Below, piece by piece: positions 1-10,814 of a DNA stretch of 64,000 nucleotides (the first letter of the stretch is position 1; every line of letters begins with the position of its first letter). The notes under the pieces are model-generated. The model saw only the letters and a list, made by a program, of their open reading frames with translations, was not told the origin of the DNA and did no database searches. Source of the DNA: Mobula hypostoma (Eukaryota); the NCBI RefSeq assembly GCF_963921235.1, contig NC_086097.1:62808001-62872000 (forward strand), given 5' to 3'. The position numbers and the translations under genes were made by a program.

Positions 1-1401
1 AAACCCCAACAATATGTACTCATGAGGCTCCCACCTGTGTCCTGTTTACATAAAAAGAACTGATCTGGACAAGCACTTGAATTACCATGAAGGCTACAGA
101 CAAGCGTTGGTAATTTAGATTAGTGTGGTTTTGTGCTTCATGGCTTACGTGATCATAGTGGGCTGAAGTGCTTGTTTCTGCGCTATATGACTCTTTTGAA
201 CAATAGAGGAGCTTTGTGCATTGTTTGATCTAAATCTTATTCCACCTGATGTCTATTAGGCAGTATGATTCAGTTTGTTTCACCCTCTTAAGAATTTATT
301 GACAGTCAACCACCTCCATCACACAAAATGGTCATCAGTGCAACTTCCACAGTTCAATAAGGTATCCTTTCAAATGTGCTGTACGTTTCTTTTTAATGTT
401 ATATTTTAATTCAAAGAAAAGACAAGCAAAAATGTAAGAATTGCATCATTATGGAGCTGTTAGATTTTATTTCTAATACTAAATGCAACTCTGGCCTCAT
501 TTTAACAGGGCAATTCATGTTGGTAGCTGGTGTCAGAATAGCGATTAAGTACCTGTCTGTCCTAATGATGCACCCACTGTCAAACACTGATAACATCGAC
601 TCTGTTTCGAAAATTTGAGATGCAGAGCTAAACCACACATACACCAAGACATGGTTTTTCTATAAAGTACTTATCAATCAACTCTGTGGCATATATCAGT
701 GCCACAACAAACAGAAGATTGTAGAAATGTTCAGCCTCAAAGCTTGTCCGGCACAATTACTATCAATCAAACAAGAGCGCATGCTGCTTCAAAGAATATA
801 TTAAAGAATTCATATTAATCAATCATGTGCAGTTCTTATTTTTATGCACATAATGTTTTTTTCTTCACCTTCGCCTTTTCTGATCATAGAAAATATTAAA
901 TTTATATTGCAGCATAAATATTTAAAGCAGGATTAATAACATTGTAAAAGTAATGAACCAGCATTGATGCCACCAAACACTTAAGTGCTTCTAATGAAAA
1001 TTATGTTATGTGTAAAGATGCATGTGTTATTGTGTGGAATGGAGCTTTGCTTTCTATGCTGGTAATGAATGACCTGAATGAAATGAGTGAACCCCATTAT
1101 ACAAATGGTACAATAAATGAGAATGATCACGCTCAGCTGAATCCTCTGTTTCTAAAGTATGTACAACAGATGATACCTGACATTTTTCAAGTAATATTTC
1201 AATAATAGAAATAAAATAATAAAGAGCTTAACTAACCGTTAGTTTGCAAATTACAATCTGCTGGCAGCCATTTCACACTATCACAAAACTCATGGTCTAG
1301 TCCCCAGATTTCATCTTGAATATGCTGCACTTCAACTTGCCATCCAAAATGAATCTTTGACAAGAATGCTGCATTTTGCAGCACTGTAATTCTTTACTTA
1401 A

Positions 1402-2355
1402 GCCATAAGATATAAGAGCAGATATAGGCCATTTGGCCTGTCAAGACAATTCCAGTATTCAATAATGGCTGACTTATTATCCCTCCAAACCCAAATCCCC
1501 TGCCTTCCCCCCTTAACATTTGATGCCCTTACTAATCAAGAACCTATCAACTTCCACTATAAATATACCAATTTGATGGCCTCCATAGCCATCTGTAGCA
1601 ATGAATTTCACAAATTCTCAACCCTCTGGTGAAAGAAAATCCTCCTTATCTCTTTTCTAACGTGACGTCCTTCTATTCTGAGGTTGTGCCCTCTGTTCCT
1701 AGTTTCCCCCACTAATTTCCCTCTTCTCCACTCCTCATACACTACTCATACACTAACCCGAGAATCACGCTTGGGAATCCCCTCTGAATTGTCTCCAATG
1801 CCAGCGTATCCTTTCTATGATGAGGGGCCAAAAATTTCTCATTATACTCTAAGTCCGGTACGACCAATGCGTTATCAAGCCTTAGCATTACATCTGTATA
1901 TTCTAGTCCTCTCAAAAATCAATGCTAACATTGTATTTACTTTTCTTACCACTGACTCAACCTGCAAGTTAGCCTATAGGAAATCCTGCACAAGGACTTG
2001 CAAGTCCCTTTGTACCTCTGATTTCTGAATTGTCTCCCCATTTAGAAAACAGACTGTGCCTTTATTCCTTCTGCCCAAGTGCGTGATCATACACTTCCCG
2101 ACACTATACTCCATCTGCAACTTCGTTGCCCACCTTCCTAATCTGTGTAATCCTTCTACAGACTCCTTGCTTCCTCAACACTAGCTGTCCCTCCACCTAT
2201 CTTCATATCATCCACAAACTTGGCCACAAAGTCATCCAAATCCTTACCATATATTGTGAACAGAAGTGGTTCCAACACCAACTCATGAGGAATACCACTA
2301 GTAACCGGCAGCCAGCCAGAAAAGACTCCCATTATTCCCAAACTATGCCTCCTAC
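1402..2355 (-). mobile_element. CR1-type LINE, 5'-truncated 3' portion (RT C-terminus + 3' UTR), decayed
   Basis: Minus-strand translation resembles CR1 RT (SGIPHELVLEPLLFTIY..KFVDDMKIGG). CR1 3' tail 'ccataagatataagagcaga' at ~1403. Confidence 0.85.
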
Positions 2356-2941
2356 CACAAATCAAAAAAATTGGATCCATGGATCTATATACACATTTTG
2401 GCTAATGCCAAAATACCATATTCAAGTGGATTTATTTCAAATTGTACACAAAGCTCAAGATAGCATAATTTTTCCAATCAAAAAAACACTTCATGCACTC
2501 TTGCTTAATGTTTGGCCTACAGAAATCCTCTGGAGGTTAAAACAATATATAGCTATTGTTACATCTCCAAGGATGTTATAAAATACCACGAGTCAGAAAT
2601 TATCCAACAGCACAGGTGATTGATGATGCCAGATTTAACTTGTGTTACCGGGTTCCATTGATACCTCCATTTATCTTTCATGAATGGGCTGAGTCATTGA
2701 TTGTATCACAGCCTATTTCCAATCAGGTGTCCAGCAGGCAACTTTCCATTCTCATGAAACCTAACAGCAAGTACAGAGAAACATAACATTCTGAACATAA
2801 CTTCAGGGAAGTTATGTTAAAAGTCATTTCCAACAAGTGATGATACTTTAATTGTTCTTGAAATTTATTTCAAATCATTTTTAAATACCATCTATGCAAG
2901 ATGGCAGTCACTATGCAAAGTGATTGAACTCATTTGTTATT

Positions 2942-4458
2942 TGTAACAGAATCAGTTGGCAATGCTTCTCCCACTAACTTTGACCCTTTGTCTGGTTAGT
3001 CACTCCTCCTCGCTCTGTCCCTGGTCTAGTTTCCCCAGTAGTTCACACACTTTGCCCTCCCATTCTGCAGTTCTTGTGAGTTCAGCATTTATAAACCCCA
3101 ACAATAAAACAATTGCTAGCTTGGCTAATCAAAACAATCCCTTCAAAACATGCTCTACTGGTTTATAACTCATAAAAAATAAAGATTCTAGACACAGACA
3201 TTCCAAACTGTTTCATTTATTTTCACTCACACCGTTACATTGGTTTGTAGACTGCAGAACAGCCCCAAAAGACCCAAGGACAGCTTGGGGCGTCCTAAAA
3301 TAACGCCTGGGTTAGTGGGCAGGCGCAACACACTCTACGCAGGCAACACCACTGGGGGGCATTATACTTTTATATTCATCTGAACATGCAGACACTGATT
3401 TAGACCATAACCATAAGACAAAGGAGCAGAAGTTGGCCATTCGGCCCATCGAGTCTGCTCCGCCATTTTATCATGAGCTGATCCATTCTCCCATTTAGTC
3501 CCACTCCCCTGCCTTCTCACCATAACCTTTGATGCCCTGGCTACTCAGATACCTATCAATCTCTGCCTTAAATACACCCAATGACTTGGCCTCCACTGCT
3601 ACCCGTGGCAACAAATTCCATAGATTCACCACCCTCTGACTAAAAAAATTTCTTTGCATTTCTGTTCTGAATGGGCGCCCTTCAATCCTTAAGTCATGCC
3701 CTCTCATACTAGACTCCCCCATTATGGGAAACAATTTTGCCACATCCACTCTGTTCATGCCTTTCAACATTCGAAATGTTTCTATGAGGTCTCCCTTCAT
3801 TCTTCTAAACTCCAAGGAATACAGTCCAAGAGCGGACAAACGTTCCTCATATGTTAACCCTCTCATTCCCAGAATCATTCTCGTGAATCTTCTCTGTACC
3901 CTCTCCAACGTCAGCACATCTTTTCTTAAATAAGGAAACCAAAACTGCCCACAGTACTCCAAGTGAGGTCTCACCAGTGCCTTATAGAGCCTCAACATCA
4001 CATCCCTGCTCCTATACTCTATTCCTCTAGAAATGAATGTCAACATTGCATTCCCCTTCTTCACTACCGACTCAACCACGAGGTTAACTTTAGGGGCATC
4101 CCGCACGATGACTCCCAAGTCCCGCTGCATCTCCGACCTTTGAATCCTTTCCCCATTTCAATAATAGTCTGCCCATTTATTTTTTCTGCCAAAATGCATA
4201 ACCACATACTTTCCAACATTGTACTTCATTTGCCACTTCTCTGCCCATTCTTCCAATCTATCCAAGTCTCTCTGCAGATTCTCTGTTTTCTCAGCACTAC
4301 CGGCCCCTCCACCTATCTTCGTATCGTCAGCAAACTTAGCAAACTTAGATTTATGGGTATAACTAAGGTATTTGTTGTGGAATAAAACTGTAGGATGTTA
4401 GAATCCTTTTTAAAATGTTCCACTTCTGCATCTGACATAATTGCTACGTCTGGTCACA
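2942..4458 (-). repeat. Complete LTR (minus strand, TGTGAC...GTTACA, ~570 bp after removing the CR1 insert)
   Basis: Minus strand reads GGGGGTGAGGGGGAATCA-TGTGACC at 4458, i.e. a polypurine tract immediately before a TG LTR start, and ends ...TGTTACA at 2942. Confidence 0.7.
3403..4347 (-). mobile_element. CR1-type LINE, 5'-truncated, young; inserted in the left LTR with 6-bp TSD GATTTA
   Basis: ORF 3495-4130 (RLYKALVRPHLEYCGQFW...FFSQRVVNLWN). GATTTA at 3397-3402 and 4348-4353. The LTR alignment to the right arm is continuous once the insert is removed. Confidence 0.95.
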
Positions 4459-4488
4459 TGATTCCCCCTCACCCCCACCCCCCCACAC

Positions 4489-4605
4489 CCCAGGTTGTGC
4501 TTTGGAGAAGCACTGCAAGACTGCAGAAATACAGTCATCTCTCTCCTGTCACCTGGTGACTGAAGACCTGCAGTCTTGGAGTGCTTCTCCAAAGACCAGC
4601 CTGGG
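4489..4605. repeat. 117-nt inverted repeat/hairpin (38-bp arms plus an 8-bp inner stem)
   Basis: 4489-4526 vs reverse complement of 4568-4605: 34/38 identical. Inner CAGTCATC (4532-4539) pairs with GGTGACTG (4555-4562). Confidence 0.9.
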
Positions 4606-4783
4606 CCATCTGATCCCTCAACCAAGTCTTCCAGCAGTACCCCTTTCTCTTCCAGTCCGACTTGGCTGACCAACAATGCAAGCACACACCATTCGCTAAA
4701 AGGACAACAACCCCATCTGGCACCATCCTTACTGAGTGCCAGAGAAGTTGGTGGAACCACTCAAGGTTGAATTGGAGAATTTC
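4590..4783 (+). pseudogene. Gypsy pol remnant (linker immediately upstream of the RT domain)
   Basis: Frameshifted translation LNQVFQQYPFLFQ...AHTIR*KDNNPIWHHPY*VPEKLVEPLKVELE matches the Gypsy pre-RT motif H-x-I-x-L-x-D-xx-PIRQxPYRVP. The W and * at Arg positions are consistent with CpG decay. Confidence 0.7.
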
Positions 4784-5797
4784 AAACAGGGATTCTAACA
4801 CCCTACAGTTTTATTCCACAACAAATGCCTTAGTTAAACTCATAGATTAGTGTCTACATGCTCAGATGAATATAAAAAAAAATGCCCCCCCACCGTAGAG
4901 TTGCCTGTGTAGGGTGTAATGCACCTGCTCCCACTAACCCAGGCATTATTTTAGGACACCCCAAACTGTCCCTCAGGCCTTTTGTGGTTGTTCTGCAGTC
5001 TATAAACTAATGTAATGGTGTGAGTGAAAATAAATGAAACTGTTTGGAATGCCTGTGTCTAGAATCCTTATTTTTATGAGTTATAAACCAGTAGCACCCT
5101 TTATGAGGAGATTGTTTTGATTACTCAAGCTAGCAACTGTTTTACTTCAGGGATGTGTAAATACTGAACTGTCAAGAACTGCAGAATGGGAGGGCAAAGT
5201 GTGTGAACTACTGAGGAAACTAGACCAGGGACAGAGTGAGGAGGAATGACTAACCAGGCAAAGGCATAAGGTTAGTGGGAGAATTAGCATTGCCAACCTG
5301 TTCTGTCACAGTAATCAATGATGTTATAAGGACAGATGTCAAAATTATATTGTTTACAAGTAAGTTTAAACAAAACATTTTTTCTTAATTGCTGTCAGTT
5401 TATCCATTCTATTCTCTATTTTAAATACTTTGGAGCAAGAAATTATGTGAACAATAACCACCAATGTTCTTTCATTCAATTTCAAAAATGATTCCTTAAT
5501 CTTAAAAGTCTTGTAATGGGTTTTGCACTGTTTGCAGAAAGAACCACTGTCTCTAAATCAGTGAATCCAAATGAATCAAGGACCAGTGGAAGCAGACAGA
5601 TCAATTGCCTTTGTTCTTGCCATGAGGTTAAGGAATGAAGGCTGCCATTTGAGACGCTGCTTTTCATTCTCTATTTTGTGAACTACATTTGCTTGGCTGA
5701 ATTAATGTTTTAAAGTAGAGACGATGATGCTCCAGGTAATCTCCTGGACTAGAGATAATTTCCAAATAAGAAGATATTTGTGAGGAGTTCTTTGGTT

Positions 5798-6778
5798 TGT
5801 GACGGGGTCCTGAATTACCCCTATGAACTGTGCTCTTGAAAAGAGAGAGAGAGAGTTATTTAACACCGACATGTTGTTTTGAAAGAGAGAGAGAGAGACG
5901 AAGACTAACTGTTGGACTGTCACTTTAAGGCACTGGAAGTAACTTTTGGATTTCTGCTGAGTTGGGGAGAGAGATGGCACCGAGCAGCTCGTAAGTTGCT
6001 ATGGTAACCGAGCGCAGTTATTTGATGGACAATCAATGTTATGATTTTTTCGGCAGCATGTTGATACTTCCCAAGGACATGGCATGCTTGTATATTTCTT
6101 ACACAGACAGAGAAAGGAGAAGTTATTTGAGTGACAGTTGATGCTCAGCACGGGAAGATAAAATAGAAGGTCAGATGATAGACCCGGAGACACATGTTTT
6201 GGGACACTGAATGAGCTTTGTTGGGCCCACAGAAAAAGTAGGTTTTTGGAGGATTGATCAGGCAGATCGATCAGTGGCTCTTGCAGTGAGAAGGAAAGGG
6301 GTTGACTGGTGGGGAGTTGTCCATGTGTTCACCCTTGTCTGGGGGATAGCTCCACCACAGAAAACCGATCCCCTTTGTTGTGGTCACAGTCAGTGACTTT
6401 TAAAGGGTTTCGAAGGACAATGAGAAGATCAACGGCATCAGCTCACCTGAAGACTCAAATCTCTCCCTCTCTCTCTCTCTCCATCACTACTCAATTCAAT
6501 ACCATGAACTGAACTGAACCGAACTTTACTCATCATCATAAGACTGTATCTTTTTACCCTTAGACTTAAAGAAGCTTGGTTTTTCACATATATTTTCCAC
6601 ACTTACTGATTTACTTACTTATATATATATATAATCATTGCTAATCTGTTTGATTTATCTACAATTATATTACTGTATTGAGTAGTTACTAATAAATATT
6701 ATTAGTTAATAGCAATATGGACTCCAAGGTGTTTTCCATCTCTGCTGGTTGTTTATTCCCGTTACAGGGTACGTGACA
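5798..6778 (+). mobile_element. Solo LTR (981 bp), TG...CA, 4-bp TSD GGTT
   Basis: TGTGACG at 5798 and CGTGACA ending at 6778. GGTT at 5794-5797 and 6779-6782. AATAAA at ~6691 sets the orientation. Confidence 0.9.
5995..6008. promoter_or_regulatory. RFX X-box-like motif GTTGCTATGGTAAC inside the solo LTR
   Basis: Near-palindromic match to the RFX consensus GTTRCCATGGYAAC; function not shown. Confidence 0.4.
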
Positions 6779-7007
6779 GGTTATATATAGATTTGTGAAT
6801 GTTGGGGTCTATGTCTGCCCTGAGAGATTCAAGTTGGTTTACTGGTTTGGGAACTGGTTTGTTACAAGGAGCCATGAAATTACCAGCTGTCACTTGCAGA
6901 AAGAAAACAATAAATGGATGCTGGTTTGAACCAGAGCCAATAAGACGGTGTTATAGATCAATCAGATGACCCAGGGCCAATAACACTGAAATGCAACATT
7001 TGAACTA

Positions 7008-7412
7008 ATTATGATCAGAGATTAAGGGAACTAGGGCTTTATTCTTTGGAGAGAAGGAGGATGAGAGGAGACATGATAGAGGTGTACAAGATAATAAGAG
7101 AAATAGATAGAGTGGATAGCCAGCGCCTCTTCCCCAGTGGTACAAGAGGACATGGCTTTAAAGTAAGGAGTGGGAAGTTCAAGGGGGTTATTAGAGGAAG
7201 GTTTTTTACTCAGAGAGTGGTTGGTGCGTGGAATGCACTGCCTGAGTCAGTGGTGGAGGCAGATACACTAGTGAAGTTTAAGAGACTACTAGACAAGTAT
7301 ATGGAGGAATTTAAGGTGGGGGCTTATATTGGAGGCAGGGTTTGAGGATCAGCACAACATTGTGGGCCGAAGGGCCTGTACTGTGCTGTACTATTCTATG
7401 TTCTACGTTCTA
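7008..7412 (+). mobile_element. CR1 LINE 3' end (~400 bp), same subfamily as 57281-60480
   Basis: ERRRMRGDMIEVYKI..FFTQRVVGAWN. Near-identical to 60071-60480, with a TTCTA-repeat tail. Confidence 0.95.
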
Positions 7413-10117
7413 AAAGGCAAAAATAACAATAGCTTTGAGGATTAACCATTGCAGATACAAGTATGAGCAATCTTACGTGGAACACGTGAGGAGTGGATCG
7501 GGACTATGAGGAACACATAGACTCCTTTGACTGGGTATTACCTTTTCTATTCTTCGACTATTCAGGAGAGTTAGGGAAACATAGTGTGTGCATGCAGGTA
7601 CTTAGTGTCTGAATTCACATACTTATTAGTTTAGACAATAAGGTACTTGTCGGTAATCTCGGATTCTCTCTGTACCTTTCTGATCATTATTACTAAGGCC
7701 TGATCTTTGTAACAGTAATATGTTGTATTAACCATGGTACCAACTTTACTTTGATGTTGACATTTGACATTTAAGCCAATGGCACTGCTGTCCATCATTG
7801 TGATTCAAAGTCAGTACCATGAACTTGAAATGCTTTGTCTGATATTTATAGGTTTTTATACTTTGTCACTTCATAACCTGATCCAGGTATGTTTAAATGG
7901 ACATGTCTCTTCTTGAGATGATTTTCATTCTTGAGAAATTAAACTGAACATCAAGACTAGATTGATCAAGAGTAGATCAAAGCCTGAGTAGTAGCAGAAT
8001 TCATCTGAAACTCTATTCAGTGATGATTTTCAGTGACTAAGGATTATTGGCCAAATTTTTCCTGGCATTTGATTCAAGCTGAAATTTCCCCAGGCTTCAG
8101 AGTTTCATTAAAAATACATCTATTACAAATCTTATTTTAGATGTAGTTTTGGAGGAAGTTTTTGTTTAAAGCTGCAGTTTGAATTTATCCCTCTTGGAAA
8201 GTGCCCTTCCTGAATCCTCTTTAAAGGACTGTAAGGTTCTCTAAGTGATTTGCATGGAGGAAATACTGAATGAAGTGCAACTTGATACAGTAAAAAAATC
8301 AGCATTGTTACTCGGCCATCTTTTACACTCTGAACATAAAGTTAGTAACAAAAGCTAGGCAGTGGAAGTTAGAAATAGCTCCAATATTGTGCTGGTCAAC
8401 CTGAAATATGCCTTTTCATTGCAGGAGAATTATAAATGATGAATATAGGCTTCCCTGTGTCACCTAAAAAATAATCCCCGAGTCACATTTTCACCAAGCA
8501 AGCAGACCAAATTCTGCAAAGAAAGAAAGTTGAGCAACTTTGGATTTTATAGCAATAATTTTGCATTGTACTGGAATGCATGCAATTTGAAGATGACACT
8601 CATTCAACTGGGTTCAGTATTGGTTTCCATTTATTTTCCTGAAGCGTTTTCTCCACCATATTTGATTTCACCTTCTCAGCATAGCCTTCTATTCGCTTTT
8701 CAACTACTTGTTTTCTCAGCTGGTCCTCAAGTGCACCGTTGCTGCTGGTCTCATTCACTCCTTGTGATGCTCCACGTCACATTCTGACTGCAGTTACACC
8801 ATCAGCTACAGTGACAAGCAGAATCAGCAAATGCCCCCCCTCCAGACTTGCCTCAACTTGGCATCTTATCAATATCCCCACCTGAGACCTACCCATCAGC
8901 AAGAACTGGTGTCCCTGGGGATCAATGAGCCATAAGCAGTATCAAGAGACATGCTCAACAAATCACATGAAAAATCTCAACGTCTGATTCATTTCACAGT
9001 ATATTTCAGCTAAGTAGCTTATTAGACAATGGAACAGCATTAAGCTAATTGCCAAAACTAATAATATACTGATTGTACAGTTTCTACTGGGGGAGACAGG
9101 ATCAGTATGGAAGGTACAGAAAAGGCACCCTTGCTTTAATTGATATCATCAGAAAAGCAAAACATTTCTTACTGCAAAGCAAGTAGGAAACTTATTCATT
9201 CCATTTCACCTTGACCTGAACTGCATACATCTCAATATGCTTGGATTAAGCTTATGTTTTTTTTAAAGTTTCAAAACATTGTTGGAATTGATAATCACTG
9301 CAGCCAAACCTGTCGGAAACATAAATTCAGAGAACTAATACTACCTACCCATTGCATCCAGCTTAGGCACAGCAACAAAATATTTCAAACTCAAAAATGG
9401 CAAATGATCAACACCTATTATCCTCTCTAGTGCTGATGTACTTGTCATTAGTTTCAGTATGTGGTTCGATTGAATAAGATTTGGAACTTGAGCAGCAAGC
9501 TCTTCATTTTAATTTGCACCATTAAACTAATCTTATTAATCTAGTTTTAAATTATGACTGGCAAAACCTGTACATGAATAAATCCTTTTGAAATTAGCTC
9601 CAACGTTAGAATGAGATATGGACAATCAAATCAGGGAAGCATAACAAATTCAATGAATGTTCCAGAAAACTCATGTAACATATGCTGATTAGTCAGCATA
9701 GCATAAAGTATATAATAAAATATAATTAATTTTTTCATACTGTTGCAAAATCTGTTGGGATCCATGTTTAAAGCAATTGTCGTTTAAATTCTTTTTACTT
9801 CACTTCCAAAGCTTGAATGAAATACAGATAAGAAAGATGCAAATGCATGCCCATACCCTGGATTTTATTCATATTATAAATAGGCCTAATAGTTCAACTG
9901 TTACAAAGTTAAATTACATAATTCATATTTTCATTTTTGCATGAAAATAGAAAAGCCAAACTGCAGGAGCACTAGTAAATTCTACTTATAAAAACAGTTA
10001 CAGGACACAAGGACTTTGAAGGACATTCATTGCAACTCTAACAGTAACAAACTCTGACTGCATTGGTGCTTACATCACATGTACACACATCTCTGAACTA
10101 CATACAAGCACGTCACA

Positions 10118-10345
10118 AACACAATATATTCTGCAGATGCTGGACATCCAAAGCAACACATGAAATGCTGGAGGAATTCAGCAGGTCAGGCAGTATCTAT
10201 GAAGAACAATAAATAGCTGACGTTTTGGGCTGACTTCCTTCATTCAGTCCTGATGAAGGGTCTTGACCTGAAACGTTGATTGTCTATTCCCCTACATAGA
10301 CGCTGCCTGACCTGCTGAGTTTTGCCAGCATTTTGTGTGTTGTTG
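10118..10345. mobile_element. Penelope-derived palindromic mini-element (two inverted pLTR ends)
   Basis: 10153-10247 is an imperfect reverse complement of 10250-10343. Both arms match the 3' end of the Penelope at 14077-14177. Confidence 0.85.
10245..10282 (+). ncRNA. Minimal type I hammerhead ribozyme motif (PLE-associated)
   Basis: CAGTC-CTGATGA-AGGGTCTTGACCT-GAAAC-GTT-GATTG. Helix I CAGUC/GAUUG, intact CUGAUGA and GAAA boxes, helix II GGU/ACC, palindromic ACGU stem III, predicted NUH cleavage after 10277. Confidence 0.75.
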
Positions 10346-10814
10346 TTTCAGGTATATCACAATGCTTTCACTCTTTTGTGAAAATCTGGTAAATGCTTCA
10401 TCAGAGATCCTGTCTGTTAACTGACTTCCTTAACTAATTTCCCTCCTCTATCTGTGCTTGTCTCTAGTCTTGCAATTGCTCCTGGAACTCTACAGCCTCC
10501 AGACTTAATTCATGGATAGCTTGTGATTTTTTTTTTGTCAAAGTCAGAAATAGATTCATCCACAAACATTATATCAGTGATAATAGATATGTCTGTTTGT
10601 GGTTCTACACAGTTTTTGATCAAACTAAATGCCCTTTTTGGTCTACAGGCTATGTGACTGAGGAAGTGTGATAGAAGAAGAGATTATCACAGCATCTGCA
10701 GTAGGAAATATCTAACTGAATAACTGAATCACCAAGGCAGACAAAGTCAAGGGTGAAGTTCTGGAAGATTGGATAAGTCTAAGTGAATACTTAATGATCA
10801 GCATGAACTTGGAA

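Larger units (their letters stand above)
2942..5310. mobile_element. Gypsy-derived foldback element with two inverted LTR copies around a hairpin and pol remnant; left LTR interrupted by a CR1
   Basis: Starts TGTAACAGAA and ends TTCTGTCACA. 2942-3402 plus 4348-4422 is the reverse complement of ~4772-5310 (e.g. 56/60 identity over 3181-3240, lower elsewhere). Confidence 0.85.

Noticed and set aside
553..659. Possible minus-strand exon within ORF 411-647
   Set aside because: Weak polypyrimidine tract, non-consensus donor (GTACTT) and no recognisable protein.
2936..5316. TSD around the inverted-LTR element (GTTATT vs GTAATC)
   Set aside because: Only 4/6 match, which cannot be distinguished from chance; not used as evidence.
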